Source: a virus
IMG/VR virus record: IMGVR_UViG_3300028840_003906
DNA: 64,000 nucleotides
Direction: 5' to 3' (one strand)
Part shown: positions 18,224 through 27,613 of the stretch, one piece after another
Position numbering within the stretch: the first letter of the stretch is position 1
Layout: each line of letters begins with the position of its first letter
Made by a program: the position numbers and the translations under genes
Notes under the pieces: model-generated
Databases searched by the model: none
Told to the model about the DNA's origin: nothing
Seen by the model: only the letters and a program-made list of their open reading frames with translations

Positions 18224-18570
18224 GTCCAGAAGAACAGAGGGAAATCGAAGAGAACGTGGTGGCCAAAGACACGTTTGTCACGGACACGAGCTGTGAGGGG
18301 ATCGTGGATGCCGCCAACCGGCTGAGGTACATTGCTGCCAGCCTGGAGGGTGTCGGCATGGATTCTCTGTCTGAGAGGATCTGGATGATCATCGAGGACC
18401 TCGACGCCGGGGTCAAGAAGGTCCGGGATGCTGTCAGTGAAGAGATCGGCCGACAGGTGAAAAGAACCAGCAGCATGTCGAAGACGGTGTTCGACTCTGT
18501 TTTGGCTGGCATAGAGCTTCAGTCTCGTGCGTATGAGGATGGAGTCGAATCCGGAAAGGATCAGGTCTGA
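18220..18570 (+). CDS. hypothetical protein
   Basis: GGGAGGGAG RBS. Confidence 0.7.
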   Translation: MSPEEQREIEENVVAKDTFVTDTSCEGIVDAANRLRYIAASLEGVGMDSLSERIWMIIEDLDAGVKKVRDAVSEEIGRQVKRTSSMSKTVFDSVLAGIELQSRAYEDGVESGKDQV

Positions 18571-18809
18571 TGGAGTGGTTGCAAGCCTGGGGTGCGCCAT
18601 TGATCATCGGAAGTGTGTTTACGTTCTTTGGGATCACGGTGGTGGGGGTCGGTGTTCATGTGATGCTTCCGATATTTGATAGCAGGATTGGTCGTCCAGA
18701 TCCGGTCCGTGTCACAGTTGGCATCGTCACATTCTTGGTTGGAATATGGGCAACAGCGCTCATGGGGATTCGTGGGATTTGCATCGCGATTGAGCTGATG
18801 AACTGTTGA
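18570..18809 (+). CDS. small two-TM membrane protein
   Basis: Two hydrophobic helices; TGATG overlap. Confidence 0.65.
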   Translation: MEWLQAWGAPLIIGSVFTFFGITVVGVGVHVMLPIFDSRIGRPDPVRVTVGIVTFLVGIWATALMGIRGICIAIELMNC

Positions 18810-18834
18810 CAAAACAGATTTTCTAGAGTAACTT
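18806..18834 (+). promoter_or_regulatory. sigma70-like promoter
   Basis: TTGACA-17 nt-TAACTT in an intergenic gap. Confidence 0.55.
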
Positions 18835-18881
18835 GCCTCGCGAAAGATGTTCAGCTAGATGCTGGGAGAAGGAATTTTCAA

Positions 18882-19253
18882 ATGTCGAAGTGGGACAAGC
18901 CGAAGAAGGTCACGGATGCGGAGGTGTCGTTTTCTTTCAGGGACATCCGGGGGAAGATTCCTGCCTGGGAGAGCTTGTCGAGCAAGTACTGGAACGGCAC
19001 GAGGGCGTCCGAGCGTTTGATTGGTAAAGTGTTCTATGAGGGGCTGCCCAATGGCACGGAGTTCCATCCCCGGGAGGGGGTTGATCCGGGTGACGGCACG
19101 CGGTATATCGCTGCCATCATGAGGAGCTTCCAGCCGAGGCACGAACACAAGTTCGCTGCGGCGTCTTTCCTCCTGGAGAAGTGGTTCGAGAAGGTGGTTG
19201 TTGATGGCGTCGAGTACGTCATGGACGAACCTATTGAGGTGAAAGATGGATGA
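18882..19253 (+). CDS. hypothetical phage protein
   Basis: AAGGA RBS. Confidence 0.72.
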   Translation: MSKWDKPKKVTDAEVSFSFRDIRGKIPAWESLSSKYWNGTRASERLIGKVFYEGLPNGTEFHPREGVDPGDGTRYIAAIMRSFQPRHEHKFAAASFLLEKWFEKVVVDGVEYVMDEPIEVKDG

Positions 19254-19581
19254 GAGTCTGGTCAGGAATGTGATCGATTGGCAGGGTGAGTACAACGAAT
19301 TCCGTGAGGGTAAGTACTTGCTCTATGCCGCGCAGGTCTACGCGGAGAGCGATGGGACCTACACCGTCACGGTGTGGTACGACGAGGAGAAGGTCTTCGG
19401 TCTCGAAGAGGTGTCTTCCGCGCATATTGGCGAGATGATCTGCGAGATGGCGGTCGAGATCCACGAGCGGCGCCTCTGGGAGAAGAGGTCTGCGGAGGTG
19501 AGACGCGAGGTGGAAGAGCGTGTTGCCGGGATCGAGGACGCCTACGAGAAGTCGAAGAAGGGGAATATTCAGTTTCCCTGA
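19246..19581 (+). CDS. hypothetical protein
   Basis: GAGGTGA RBS. Confidence 0.7.
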   Translation: MDESLVRNVIDWQGEYNEFREGKYLLYAAQVYAESDGTYTVTVWYDEEKVFGLEEVSSAHIGEMICEMAVEIHERRLWEKRSAEVRREVEERVAGIEDAYEKSKKGNIQFP

Positions 19582-19594
19582 CAGGGGTTGATGA

Positions 19595-20173
19595 ATGGGA
19601 AAGTGGATCAGAAATTGGTTTTCGAACTTCCTTCCGTTGGATGAGCCGTACAAGTACGACGGAGAGGTGTACGTCACGCCGGAGCACTTCTACCAGGCAA
19701 TGAAGTCGACGGACAAGGGGGAACGGGCTTTCGTCCCGAGGACCGGAGCCAGTGCCTATGCGTTCGTCCGGGACAACTTCTACGACGTGAAGTGCTGCGT
19801 GATGTCCGAGATCCCGATCGAGATCCCGATGGGGTTCGCCCACAGGGAGGTGGACGAGGAGTGGATCGAGAAGGAGATCGAGTCTTACACTGGGTACAAG
19901 AAGAGGCCGCGTCCCGAGGGGGACGAATGGTACAAGGGCTGGTCTTCGGGGGAGATTATCCGGTTGGACGGAAGGATCTACCGTGCCTCGACCGTGCATC
20001 ATGTGTATTGCGAGGGCATAGGTGAACTCGGACTGCCAGAGGAGGTGTTCAGAGTGTACCGGCCTGGGATGAAGCGGTTCTCGGTGTCGCTCTGGTCGGT
20101 CGCGCGTCTTGCTTTCGTGCTGGAGTGCATTGACAGGTCCGTAGAGGTCCATGGGTACAGGAGGGAAGAATGA
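19595..20173 (+). CDS. protein with an N-terminal NADAR-like segment
   Basis: NWFSNF...YKYDGEVYVTPEHFYQAMKS matches the NADAR N-terminus; the rest does not. Confidence 0.55.
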   Translation: MGKWIRNWFSNFLPLDEPYKYDGEVYVTPEHFYQAMKSTDKGERAFVPRTGASAYAFVRDNFYDVKCCVMSEIPIEIPMGFAHREVDEEWIEKEIESYTGYKKRPRPEGDEWYKGWSSGEIIRLDGRIYRASTVHHVYCEGIGELGLPEEVFRVYRPGMKRFSVSLWSVARLAFVLECIDRSVEVHGYRREE

Positions 20174-20424
20174 GCGTTGTCTGGATGTGTGTTCTTGGTG
20201 TCTTGGTTGCGCTGGTAGTCTTTACTCTCGCAATCAGCCTCTTGATGGGGCTTGGGGTTCAGTGGGCCTGTGTGTTTGGATGCAGGGTGTTCAAGTGGCA
20301 CAACGGCGACGGCGGTAGGACGTATTCTGATGGGGTGAGTCTTCACGGAAGGTGCTCAGTGTGTGGGCAGGAGGTGATGATGGACAGCCAAGGGAACTGG
20401 TTCACCTGCGGTGGAAGCCGATGA
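20170..20424 (+). CDS. membrane-anchored DUF1660-like prophage protein
   Basis: TM segment, then CVFGCRVFKWH...CSVCG. Confidence 0.55.
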   Translation: MSVVWMCVLGVLVALVVFTLAISLLMGLGVQWACVFGCRVFKWHNGDGGRTYSDGVSLHGRCSVCGQEVMMDSQGNWFTCGGSR

Positions 20425-20756
20425 TGTTTCATGAGTTCGAGCATACGGATACGGTCATGGCGGCAACAAACGATCCGGAGCATCAGTTGGTGATCGTTCG
20501 GGTGGTGCCTTTGCCACCGAACTCCGTCGGCGTGACGAGGCTTCACCAATGGAGGCTCTACCTGGTCTACTACTTCTCCGGGGATGGGTTTCAGTACTAC
20601 GAACAAATGCTCCATCAGGAGTTCAAGGAGAAGAAGAAGAAGCGTGCATGGAACCTGAGCGTGGTCGAGGGAGAGCGGGCTTTGAGATTGGATCACTATG
20701 CACAGGGATCCGCCATGGTGGCGCTTGCGGAGGCGCAGAAGAAATCGGTGTTGTGA
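20421..20756 (+). CDS. hypothetical protein
   Basis: ATG overlapping upstream stop. Confidence 0.6.
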   Translation: MMFHEFEHTDTVMAATNDPEHQLVIVRVVPLPPNSVGVTRLHQWRLYLVYYFSGDGFQYYEQMLHQEFKEKKKKRAWNLSVVEGERALRLDHYAQGSAMVALAEAQKKSVL

Positions 20757-20903
20757 TGCGATACGATGTGCAGTCGAGAAGCACGATGAGTAGGAATTGC
20801 CACAAGCTCCCTCCGTGGTGGGTGCGGCTGTTTCTACGTGTCAAAATAAGTTTCAATTTCTTGCTGATTATGCTGAGACATCACATGAGAGGGTGAACGT
20901 AGC

Positions 20904-21410
20904 ATGGTCTTCGAGAAGATAGATGGACAAAGGATCCATGCTTGTCGACAGTTCAAGCATAGGTTTGGTGTCGACATCTCCCTGGATCAATATGTGGATT
21001 GCAAGGATCAAATTGTTTCAGGTGAGGCTGAGTTCCTTGGAAAGCGAACGAATAGGATCAGCTTTTTTTCTGTGAAGGTGGGAGAGTTCGAGCCTGTTGC
21101 GGTGTATGACAGGCGTCGTCGTTCAATTGCATCTTTTTTGACCCAGGAGATGGCTCACAGGGTGCTCGGGAGGAAAATAAAACCAAATCCGGAGAGCAGT
21201 GATTGTGCTCGCTCGTTTTCGGAGATGTCGCTTAAGAGGCTCGTCCGGCTGTTGCAGAAGCCAAAATGCAGCAGTTGTCCCGTTCAGGCTATGTCATGTC
21301 AGTGGGTTTGTGGTTCTGATTTGTGTTGCAAAGAGATAGCAGACGCTGCAGTCAGGGTGTTGGAACATATGGATATGTCCGGGATGAGCTGTGCGATGTT
21401 TGGTGAGTGA
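20904..21410 (+). CDS. hypothetical protein
   Basis: GAGGGTG RBS. Confidence 0.68.
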   Translation: MVFEKIDGQRIHACRQFKHRFGVDISLDQYVDCKDQIVSGEAEFLGKRTNRISFFSVKVGEFEPVAVYDRRRRSIASFLTQEMAHRVLGRKIKPNPESSDCARSFSEMSLKRLVRLLQKPKCSSCPVQAMSCQWVCGSDLCCKEIADAAVRVLEHMDMSGMSCAMFGE

Positions 21411-21425
21411 CGAACTCAAGTTCGC
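21410..21425. repeat. 16-bp near-palindrome, copy 8
   Basis: aCGAACTCAAGTTCGc; abuts a stop codon, about 6 bp before TTGACA. Confidence 0.95.
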
Positions 21426-21430
21426 AGAGG

Positions 21431-21459
21431 TTGACAAAACGGGGTTCGGAAGGTAAAAC
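21431..21459 (+). promoter_or_regulatory. sigma70-like promoter
   Basis: TTGACA-17 nt-TAAAAC, 6 bp downstream of a palindrome copy. Confidence 0.55.
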
Positions 21460-21506
21460 AACTCTTCGAAATGATCTGGGGCGCGGTGCTCCATTGGAGG
21501 ATGAAG

Positions 21507-21812
21507 ATGGGTGTGAAGAGGTACTTTGAGGTTGGGGTTACCGTCTTGGATCTGGATTGTGTTCAGGCGGTCGAGAAGAGCGCGGGTGATATCGCAGAAA
21601 TGGTGGAGCACCCAAGATATAGGATTCATGGAACTTTCGGGAGGCTTGATTGTGTCGAGGTGCCTGGTGACACTGCCAAGAGTGTCCCGTGCGAGATGTT
21701 CGTAGCGGCCTGGAAAGAGTGGCTGGACATCAAGCTTGCAAAGATGCTCCTTGTCACTAGAGATGGTGCCGTTGATCAGATTGTCGGAGTGGATCACGGG
21801 GGTGGTGTATGA
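21507..21812 (+). CDS. hypothetical protein
   Basis: GGAGG RBS. Confidence 0.62.
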   Translation: MGVKRYFEVGVTVLDLDCVQAVEKSAGDIAEMVEHPRYRIHGTFGRLDCVEVPGDTAKSVPCEMFVAAWKEWLDIKLAKMLLVTRDGAVDQIVGVDHGGGV

Positions 21813-22459
21813 GGATTCGAAGGAGCCAGCAATCTGCTTTTACTGGAGACGTGGACATTGATGGGAATGAGGTTGTGCTCTACATCTACCCGAACGGTGG
21901 TCCGGAGGGGATGACCTTCACGAGCTTTCAGGACTACGCGGGGAGGGCAGAAGAGATAGGCATCAAGACACCGTACTGGTCTGGGCTTCGAGATGCTGTC
22001 TATTCTGCTTTCAGGGAAGGTGCGTTCGTGGTCAGGATCAAGAACGTCTCCGAGATGAAAGATGAAGACATGGTGTTGTTCGAGGGTGTCATTGAAGAGA
22101 TCGAGCGCACTGAAGGTGGCTTGTTGGGGAAGTTTGAGGCCATGTTGAACTCTGGTGGGGACGGGTACGAGATTTACAGAAGAATCCGGGAGATCGAGGA
22201 CAAGGGCGAGGTACCAGACGGGGCGCTGAAGAGTTCACGGAAGCATCTCATGGAGGATGTCGCCAGGGTACAGATGTCCATGGAGCTTATTGGCGTTTTC
22301 TTTGGTGATCCTGTTGGGATGAGGATGGCCCGAGACGAGGTTCGGAAAGAGTGGACGATGTTTCTTCGTGAGGGAAGGATAAAGCGGGATGTGCGACGAC
22401 GAAAAGAGCAAGAAAGCGGAGATCGAGAGACTCGAAGCGGAGGTGAAGAAGCTCCGTGA
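21809..22459 (+). CDS. hypothetical protein
   Basis: ATGA overlap; 216 aa. Confidence 0.7.
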   Translation: MRIRRSQQSAFTGDVDIDGNEVVLYIYPNGGPEGMTFTSFQDYAGRAEEIGIKTPYWSGLRDAVYSAFREGAFVVRIKNVSEMKDEDMVLFEGVIEEIERTEGGLLGKFEAMLNSGGDGYEIYRRIREIEDKGEVPDGALKSSRKHLMEDVARVQMSMELIGVFFGDPVGMRMARDEVRKEWTMFLREGRIKRDVRRRKEQESGDRETRSGGEEAP

Positions 22460-23519
22460 GGTGATCGATCGTCAGAACGCGTTCGACGATGAGCTTCTTG
22501 CGAAGGTCAAAAACGAGGTGAACATCGATCACCCGTTCACGGTCGACATGTTTGATGGGACCGGGCGCACTGGGATGTATATCGAAACGGGGTACCTCCG
22601 GAGCCTTCTTGATCGGATTGAGCTGGAGGGGACCGATGGTGCGGCCAATGAGATGTTGCCCCAGGAGGCCGTGACTGGAGCCCAGGAGATGAACGAGCAG
22701 TACGGGGATCTTCGCAAGGAGAAGAACCTTGTGCAGGCGGAGCTTGATGCCGTGATGCATTCCGTGGACAAGTGGCTGGACGGGGATGACCTGAAGAATA
22801 ATCCGGCCACGAGAGCCGCTGACGCCCGAGAGATTGCGCTTCGGTTGATAGATGCGCAGGCGATTGCGTATAAGGGGGTGGAGGGCGAGGTGGATCGCTT
22901 GCGCGCGCGTACGCACGAGATCCAGGAGAGGGCTGACCGCAGGATTGCAGAGCGCGACAAGAAGATCGAGAACCTGGAGATCCAGTTGGGTGCTTGGAAT
23001 GGGTATGTGCGTGATGGGGAGGCGTACTTTTTCGATGTGGCGAAGACGTCGCTGAGGCCGTTCAATCTCTCGCGGTGGGACGCTGGGAAGTTTGGTATCC
23101 TGGTGGACCAGATCCGGAGACTGGAGCTTTCAGAGGCTCGGCTCTACAGCTGGTTCAGATCCGTTTTGAACGACCTGCGGAGAGAGAAGCCTGAATTTGC
23201 TGCGATAGAGATCGAGAGTGTCTTGGCCCGGGAGGGCCGAGAGCGCGAGGGGAGCGACGATTACATAAAGAATGTCTTCGCTGCACTTGATACTGACGAC
23301 AAGGATGTGGTTGAGAGGATCTCGAAGAGTTGCTACGAGGCGGTGATGCTGGACATGCACGGTGGCGAGGATTGCTTCCCGGTGTGGAGAATTCCGGGTG
23401 TCGAGTGGGACATTTCGGATCAGGAGTTGGCGGAGCATCAGCGGGACGACTGGAGAAGTCACACGGTGTACGCGATGGAAGAGATCAAAAGGGTGATCGA
23501 TGAAGAAGAGAAGGCATAG
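22389..23519 (+). CDS. coiled-coil hypothetical protein
   Basis: 376-aa ORF with genome-typical codon usage. Confidence 0.72.
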   Translation: MCDDEKSKKAEIERLEAEVKKLREVIDRQNAFDDELLAKVKNEVNIDHPFTVDMFDGTGRTGMYIETGYLRSLLDRIELEGTDGAANEMLPQEAVTGAQEMNEQYGDLRKEKNLVQAELDAVMHSVDKWLDGDDLKNNPATRAADAREIALRLIDAQAIAYKGVEGEVDRLRARTHEIQERADRRIAERDKKIENLEIQLGAWNGYVRDGEAYFFDVAKTSLRPFNLSRWDAGKFGILVDQIRRLELSEARLYSWFRSVLNDLRREKPEFAAIEIESVLAREGREREGSDDYIKNVFAALDTDDKDVVERISKSCYEAVMLDMHGGEDCFPVWRIPGVEWDISDQELAEHQRDDWRSHTVYAMEEIKRVIDEEEKA

Positions 23520-23973
23520 GCCCAGGTGCTTCCGTAATGGCTTCGGGAAGGGGGCGTGCGGAGGTGCTCTGAACAGGAGGCACACGCGTCTGTATCTCTG
23601 TCATTCTTGCGAGATGTTCGCTTTGGACTTCGCGATACAGAACCCAGGGTGTTCTCTGATGAACCGGGATGCTCGGCACAGTGAGCCGCAGGAGAAGTTC
23701 AGGTGCTGGACGAACGTTGTCGGAGAGAGGGATTGTGCTGGCGGGTTTGCTGCTTGTCACGGATGTGTCCTGAAGGTGGACTGCGATCATCCGGGGCGTG
23801 GTAGGCAGAGGGGAGGCCCGACCGGTAGGAGAAAAAATTGGTCTCTCCTGGTTGATTCGTGCCTTCGATGCGGAAACATTCGTCCTGTACACAAGGGAGG
23901 GATGACGCGGGAGCAGATCAGTTGGGTTCGAAGGTGGAACCGGCGGTGTGAAGAGGATTATGCGCGAACTTGA
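23500..23973 (+). CDS. Cys-rich protein, paralog of 17394..17771
   Basis: Shared LNRR and CW..DC.GGF.ACHGC; its TGA stop lies inside a palindrome copy. Confidence 0.65.
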   Translation: MKKRRHRPRCFRNGFGKGACGGALNRRHTRLYLCHSCEMFALDFAIQNPGCSLMNRDARHSEPQEKFRCWTNVVGERDCAGGFAACHGCVLKVDCDHPGRGRQRGGPTGRRKNWSLLVDSCLRCGNIRPVHKGGMTREQISWVRRWNRRCEEDYART

Positions 23974-23979
23974 GTTCGC
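23964..23979. repeat. 16-bp near-palindrome, copy 9
   Basis: gCGAACTTGAGTTCGc; contains the TGA stop of 23500..23973. Confidence 0.95.
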
Positions 23980-23997
23980 TTGGAAAGGGGTGCCGTG

Positions 23998-25035
23998 ATG
24001 AGTAAAGAGGCAGAGTTGCTTGGTTGGTTGGAGCGGAATGGTTGGACGTCGCTCTCCGAGTGCGAGAGGAGAGGTTTTCGGCACGAGGATCTCCTGCAGG
24101 CGTACGGAGATCGGCTTGTCAGGAGAGATGGGTTCGGCGAGGATGGAGCGGTGTGTGTCATTCCGGTTCTGGGCACAGATGATGCCATTGGGTTCGCCAA
24201 GAAATGTGGAATGGAGCCAGTCCCTGGGCGAGAGTATTTTGCTTGTGTCCAGGTTTCCATTCGGAACGAGGACTGGGTGGACATATTCGGGGATCCGTTT
24301 AGGTCAGAAAACAGGGAGATGTGGAAGGAGCGTAGCTCTTGTTTGGGGGTCGTGTTGACGAGGGGCGAAGATGGTATGCGGATTGATCACAATCCATTCA
24401 TGCAGATGATTCAGGGGGGAGTTGGGATTGACGGGATGCTATGGAAGACAGGTGACCCGATGCCGTGGCGCGAGAAGTGCTTCGAGCCGAATGTGCATGT
24501 GGAGAAGGATCCGGATGATCCTGGCAAGCTCATGTGCCATGTCAGCATTAGCGCTGGGGAGATGACAGGCGATTTGGCTCATGCGACGATTGGGCCGGTT
24601 GACAGGATTGAGAAGGTGCATCCGGTGGATCATATGGAGATCAGTTTCTCGGTTGATAATTCCACCGGTGATGATCTGAGGAAGATGGCCAGGCTGTTCG
24701 GGATGTATGAGTATCATACCTCGGTGGTATACATCGACTCCGAGACGGGTAGGGCGGTCGAGAAGCACGGACCGGACGGGGATGGCTGGGAGGAGCAGTT
24801 CGATCCATACTTGGATGCGATCCCGAAGCGGATAGATGCGGTTCATGAGGAGCTGGTTGGATGCTTTGGCCGTGAGAAGGTCTGGTACCGACAGTATCGG
24901 CGTGTGAGCCCGAAGAGTCAGCGATACGGGCACGAGTCCCTGTTGAGGGAAGAATGCCGAAACACGGGCACTCCTGCGGGCGTGTGGCCGGAGAAGCATC
25001 CTGGTGGGGCTGTGAAGTACAGGAAGGAGGACTGA
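23998..25035 (+). CDS. hypothetical protein
   Basis: GGAAAGGGG RBS; about 345 aa. Confidence 0.72.
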   Translation: MSKEAELLGWLERNGWTSLSECERRGFRHEDLLQAYGDRLVRRDGFGEDGAVCVIPVLGTDDAIGFAKKCGMEPVPGREYFACVQVSIRNEDWVDIFGDPFRSENREMWKERSSCLGVVLTRGEDGMRIDHNPFMQMIQGGVGIDGMLWKTGDPMPWREKCFEPNVHVEKDPDDPGKLMCHVSISAGEMTGDLAHATIGPVDRIEKVHPVDHMEISFSVDNSTGDDLRKMARLFGMYEYHTSVVYIDSETGRAVEKHGPDGDGWEEQFDPYLDAIPKRIDAVHEELVGCFGREKVWYRQYRRVSPKSQRYGHESLLREECRNTGTPAGVWPEKHPGGAVKYRKED

Positions 25036-25038
25036 TCG

Positions 25039-25575
25039 ATGAAGGATATGAATGGTTCAATTGGGTCTTTGTACCTCGAAGAACTCAAGTTCATCAATGT
25101 GCACATGGACAGGAACTTGATCTTTGAGTTCGCGAAGAAGGATGGAATTGCGAACGACAGGAGGGAGCTGGGGTTCGAGTCGAGGTGTGTCACGAGCGCG
25201 TACTACGCCAAGGACAAGGGGCAGACATTCCTGTCCCGTCTGGTGAAGGAAGACCCTGATGACGGTAAGCTGTTGGAGTTTAAGATCAGGGAGGGGCGTG
25301 GTGAGGTCGGTGGGTTCATGGGGAACATGAAGGAGGGATCTGCTGCCATTAGCAAGGTGAAGGGCGGTGAGGAGGGGCAGGATTACGAGGTTTTCGTGCG
25401 AGGCGTATTCGTAGTTCACAGTGCGCAGCTGGCCCATATTCATCTCGGAGAGGTGGCAGGTGACCTTGGTCTGAAGTGCTGCGATTCAACTATGGAGTTC
25501 ATCGGGGAAGCTGGGGGTGGTGCTATCTTCGGGTGTCTGAAGTGTGGAAAGAGCAAAACGGTAGAGGTGAAATGA
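25039..25575 (+). CDS. hypothetical protein
   Basis: AAGGAGG RBS; C-terminal zinc ribbon. Confidence 0.7.
   Translation: MKDMNGSIGSLYLEELKFINVHMDRNLIFEFAKKDGIANDRRELGFESRCVTSAYYAKDKGQTFLSRLVKEDPDDGKLLEFKIREGRGEVGGFMGNMKEGSAAISKVKGGEEGQDYEVFVRGVFVVHSAQLAHIHLGEVAGDLGLKCCDSTMEFIGEAGGGAIFGCLKCGKSKTVEVK
25081..25092. repeat. degenerate copy (12-bp core only)
   Basis: GAACTCAAGTTC without the outer RC/GY bases. Confidence 0.6.
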
Positions 25576-25835
25576 TGGAAGACATGTACAATGCGTTTGT
25601 AAGAGAGAACGAGTGGGATGGAGATACCATGACACACTCCATGTACTTGGAGATGTTCTTTGAGTGGCTCATGAAGAAGACATCGAAGCCGTCTGAAGGG
25701 TTGAGGACTCTTCGTATGCATGCCGGTGGGGCGAGATCTGATTTCGACAACTACCGGAGGGGGCTGAACGAGGAGCAAGACCGGGTTATGGAGCTGGAGG
25801 AGTTTGTGTCGCACGTCTCCGATACGGAGTGTTGA
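25572..25835 (+). CDS. hypothetical protein
   Basis: GAGGTGA RBS. Confidence 0.62.
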   Translation: MMEDMYNAFVRENEWDGDTMTHSMYLEMFFEWLMKKTSKPSEGLRTLRMHAGGARSDFDNYRRGLNEEQDRVMELEEFVSHVSDTEC

Positions 25836-25905
25836 TAAACCTGAAGTTTGATGCGATATAGCTCCGGCAGATACTGGCCGAGGATGGCCGGAAAAATGGG
25901 ATGAA

Positions 25906-26538
25906 ATGAAGAAGTATTCAATCAGTGATGTGGATGATGTCTTTGGGGGAGACGACTATGTAAACCGGGGGAAGATTGCCGTGGCGTTTGGCGGCCGGGA
26001 CCTGACTGCTTGTGAGATCCTGGATCTGGACATTTCGGACCAGGACAAGCTGCATATCACGCTTGGAATCGGCGAGTTGACGGACAGGGAGGTTCAGGAA
26101 ATATCCTTCAGGTTCGCAGAGAGGGTCCTCCCGGAGTTCGAGTCTCCCATGGGCGATGACACATTGAGGAAGTGTCTGCGCACGGCACGTGAATACCTGG
26201 AGGGCGACATCGTCATCGGGGTGCTGGACAAAGAAACTCGGGCGCTGGAGAAGAGGGCGGATGATCTCCAGGGCGAGATCGCCGAAGGTGGCGGTGATGA
26301 TATTCGAAAAGAGATCATTCATAGCTGCATGTGGGCGGTGATCTGGGCGATGTACGCCTGGAATGTCGAGGCAGGGCCGCAGTCGATGTACGCGTGCAAT
26401 GCTTCGCATTCTGCGTGCTGGGTGAAGAGCTGGCATGCTGATGACGACGAGTTCGAGCGCCTTTTCGGCGAGGAGGAGAAGGTTCACGTTCAGATCGTCC
26501 GTGAGTACCTGCATTGGAGGGAGGCGAAAGTTGGGTGA
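25906..26538 (+). CDS. helical protein, Imm5-like
   Basis: FRFAERVLPEFE...LRKCLRTAREYLEG pattern. Confidence 0.55.
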   Translation: MKKYSISDVDDVFGGDDYVNRGKIAVAFGGRDLTACEILDLDISDQDKLHITLGIGELTDREVQEISFRFAERVLPEFESPMGDDTLRKCLRTAREYLEGDIVIGVLDKETRALEKRADDLQGEIAEGGGDDIRKEIIHSCMWAVIWAMYAWNVEAGPQSMYACNASHSACWVKSWHADDDEFERLFGEEEKVHVQIVREYLHWREAKVG

Positions 26539-26548
26539 CAAGAAGAAT

Positions 26549-26818
26549 ATGAGCGCTTCGAAGATGAACGATCGGAGGGCGTTGTACGTGGTGTTGTCGA
26601 TCACGTTCTGGTTCGCGGCTATGATGGTGTTGGGGTACATGTACTTCTTTTCGAAGGAGATCAGCACTCCGATGTTTTGGTTTCTCCTGCTGATCCTGGC
26701 GAACTTCTCCATGGAGTCGAGGTCGACGGTGCATGGGATGAACTTACTCAATCGGTCGATCAATTCTCAGCTTTGGATCCTCAGGAGATCGATGGGAATG
26801 GAGGAGAAGGATGGGTGA
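26549..26818 (+). CDS. small two-TM membrane protein
   Basis: Two hydrophobic segments. Confidence 0.62.
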   Translation: MSASKMNDRRALYVVLSITFWFAAMMVLGYMYFFSKEISTPMFWFLLLILANFSMESRSTVHGMNLLNRSINSQLWILRRSMGMEEKDG

Positions 26819-27212
26819 TGCACCGAGGCCGAAAAAGGACGACGGGACCTTTTGGTGTTCCTTTGACGAGTGTCCGTGTTGGGACGGGTATTGCTCGGTT
26901 ACGCACTACAGGTGCAAGCGTAGCGATGATCCTGTCCTGTGTGGAGGGATTGCTGTACACTTCGAGAAGCAGATCGAGGCGTATCAGATGCATCTCCGCG
27001 ACCGGCTACTCGTGGACGCTACGCCTGATGAGGAACTCCCACTCCGAATCCTGGAGGCGTACATCGATCACAGCGAGACGACAGACAACCTGCTCGGGCT
27101 TCCCCCGGAGAACCCTCTGATTCAGAGGATGGAGGAGGCGCGCAAGGAGCGGAATGTGATCCTGAGTAATGCGATGACGTGTGTTCGGTTTTTCGAGAAG
27201 GACAAGTCATGA
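26811..27212 (+). CDS. Cys-rich hypothetical protein
   Basis: GGAGAAGG RBS. Confidence 0.65.
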   Translation: MGDAPRPKKDDGTFWCSFDECPCWDGYCSVTHYRCKRSDDPVLCGGIAVHFEKQIEAYQMHLRDRLLVDATPDEELPLRILEAYIDHSETTDNLLGLPPENPLIQRMEEARKERNVILSNAMTCVRFFEKDKS

Positions 27213-27613
27213 AGAAGAAAACCAATAAGGTTGTGAAGGATCTCCCTGATGGGTTTGTGGAGATTTTTGCTTTGGAGAACGGATGGATCGGGACCGTGGA
27301 GAACGTTGCATTCAGCAGGGAGGATCAGCTTGCTGTTGCGGACATCGGTGGAGGTGAATGGACGGTGCTTCCTGTCGGGCGCGACATCGGCGGGTACAGC
27401 CCGTTTGGAGCGATAGGTGGGTACAACATAAGCGCGCCGGTTGTTGGCCGTTTGCTGGCCCTTCTTGGCTTCTGGAGCGAGGAGGAGGCTGACTCTTTTG
27501 GAGTTTGGTACTGGGAGGAGACCAGACGGCGTACGGCGAAGTACGAAATCAACAGGCACAAGGAAGCTTTGGAGAGAGCCGGTTACACGGTATCCAAGAA
27601 GAAGTCCTCCTGA
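27209..27613 (+). CDS. hypothetical protein
   Basis: AAGGA RBS; ATGA overlap. Confidence 0.65.
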   Translation: MKKKTNKVVKDLPDGFVEIFALENGWIGTVENVAFSREDQLAVADIGGGEWTVLPVGRDIGGYSPFGAIGGYNISAPVVGRLLALLGFWSEEEADSFGVWYWEETRRRTAKYEINRHKEALERAGYTVSKKKSS

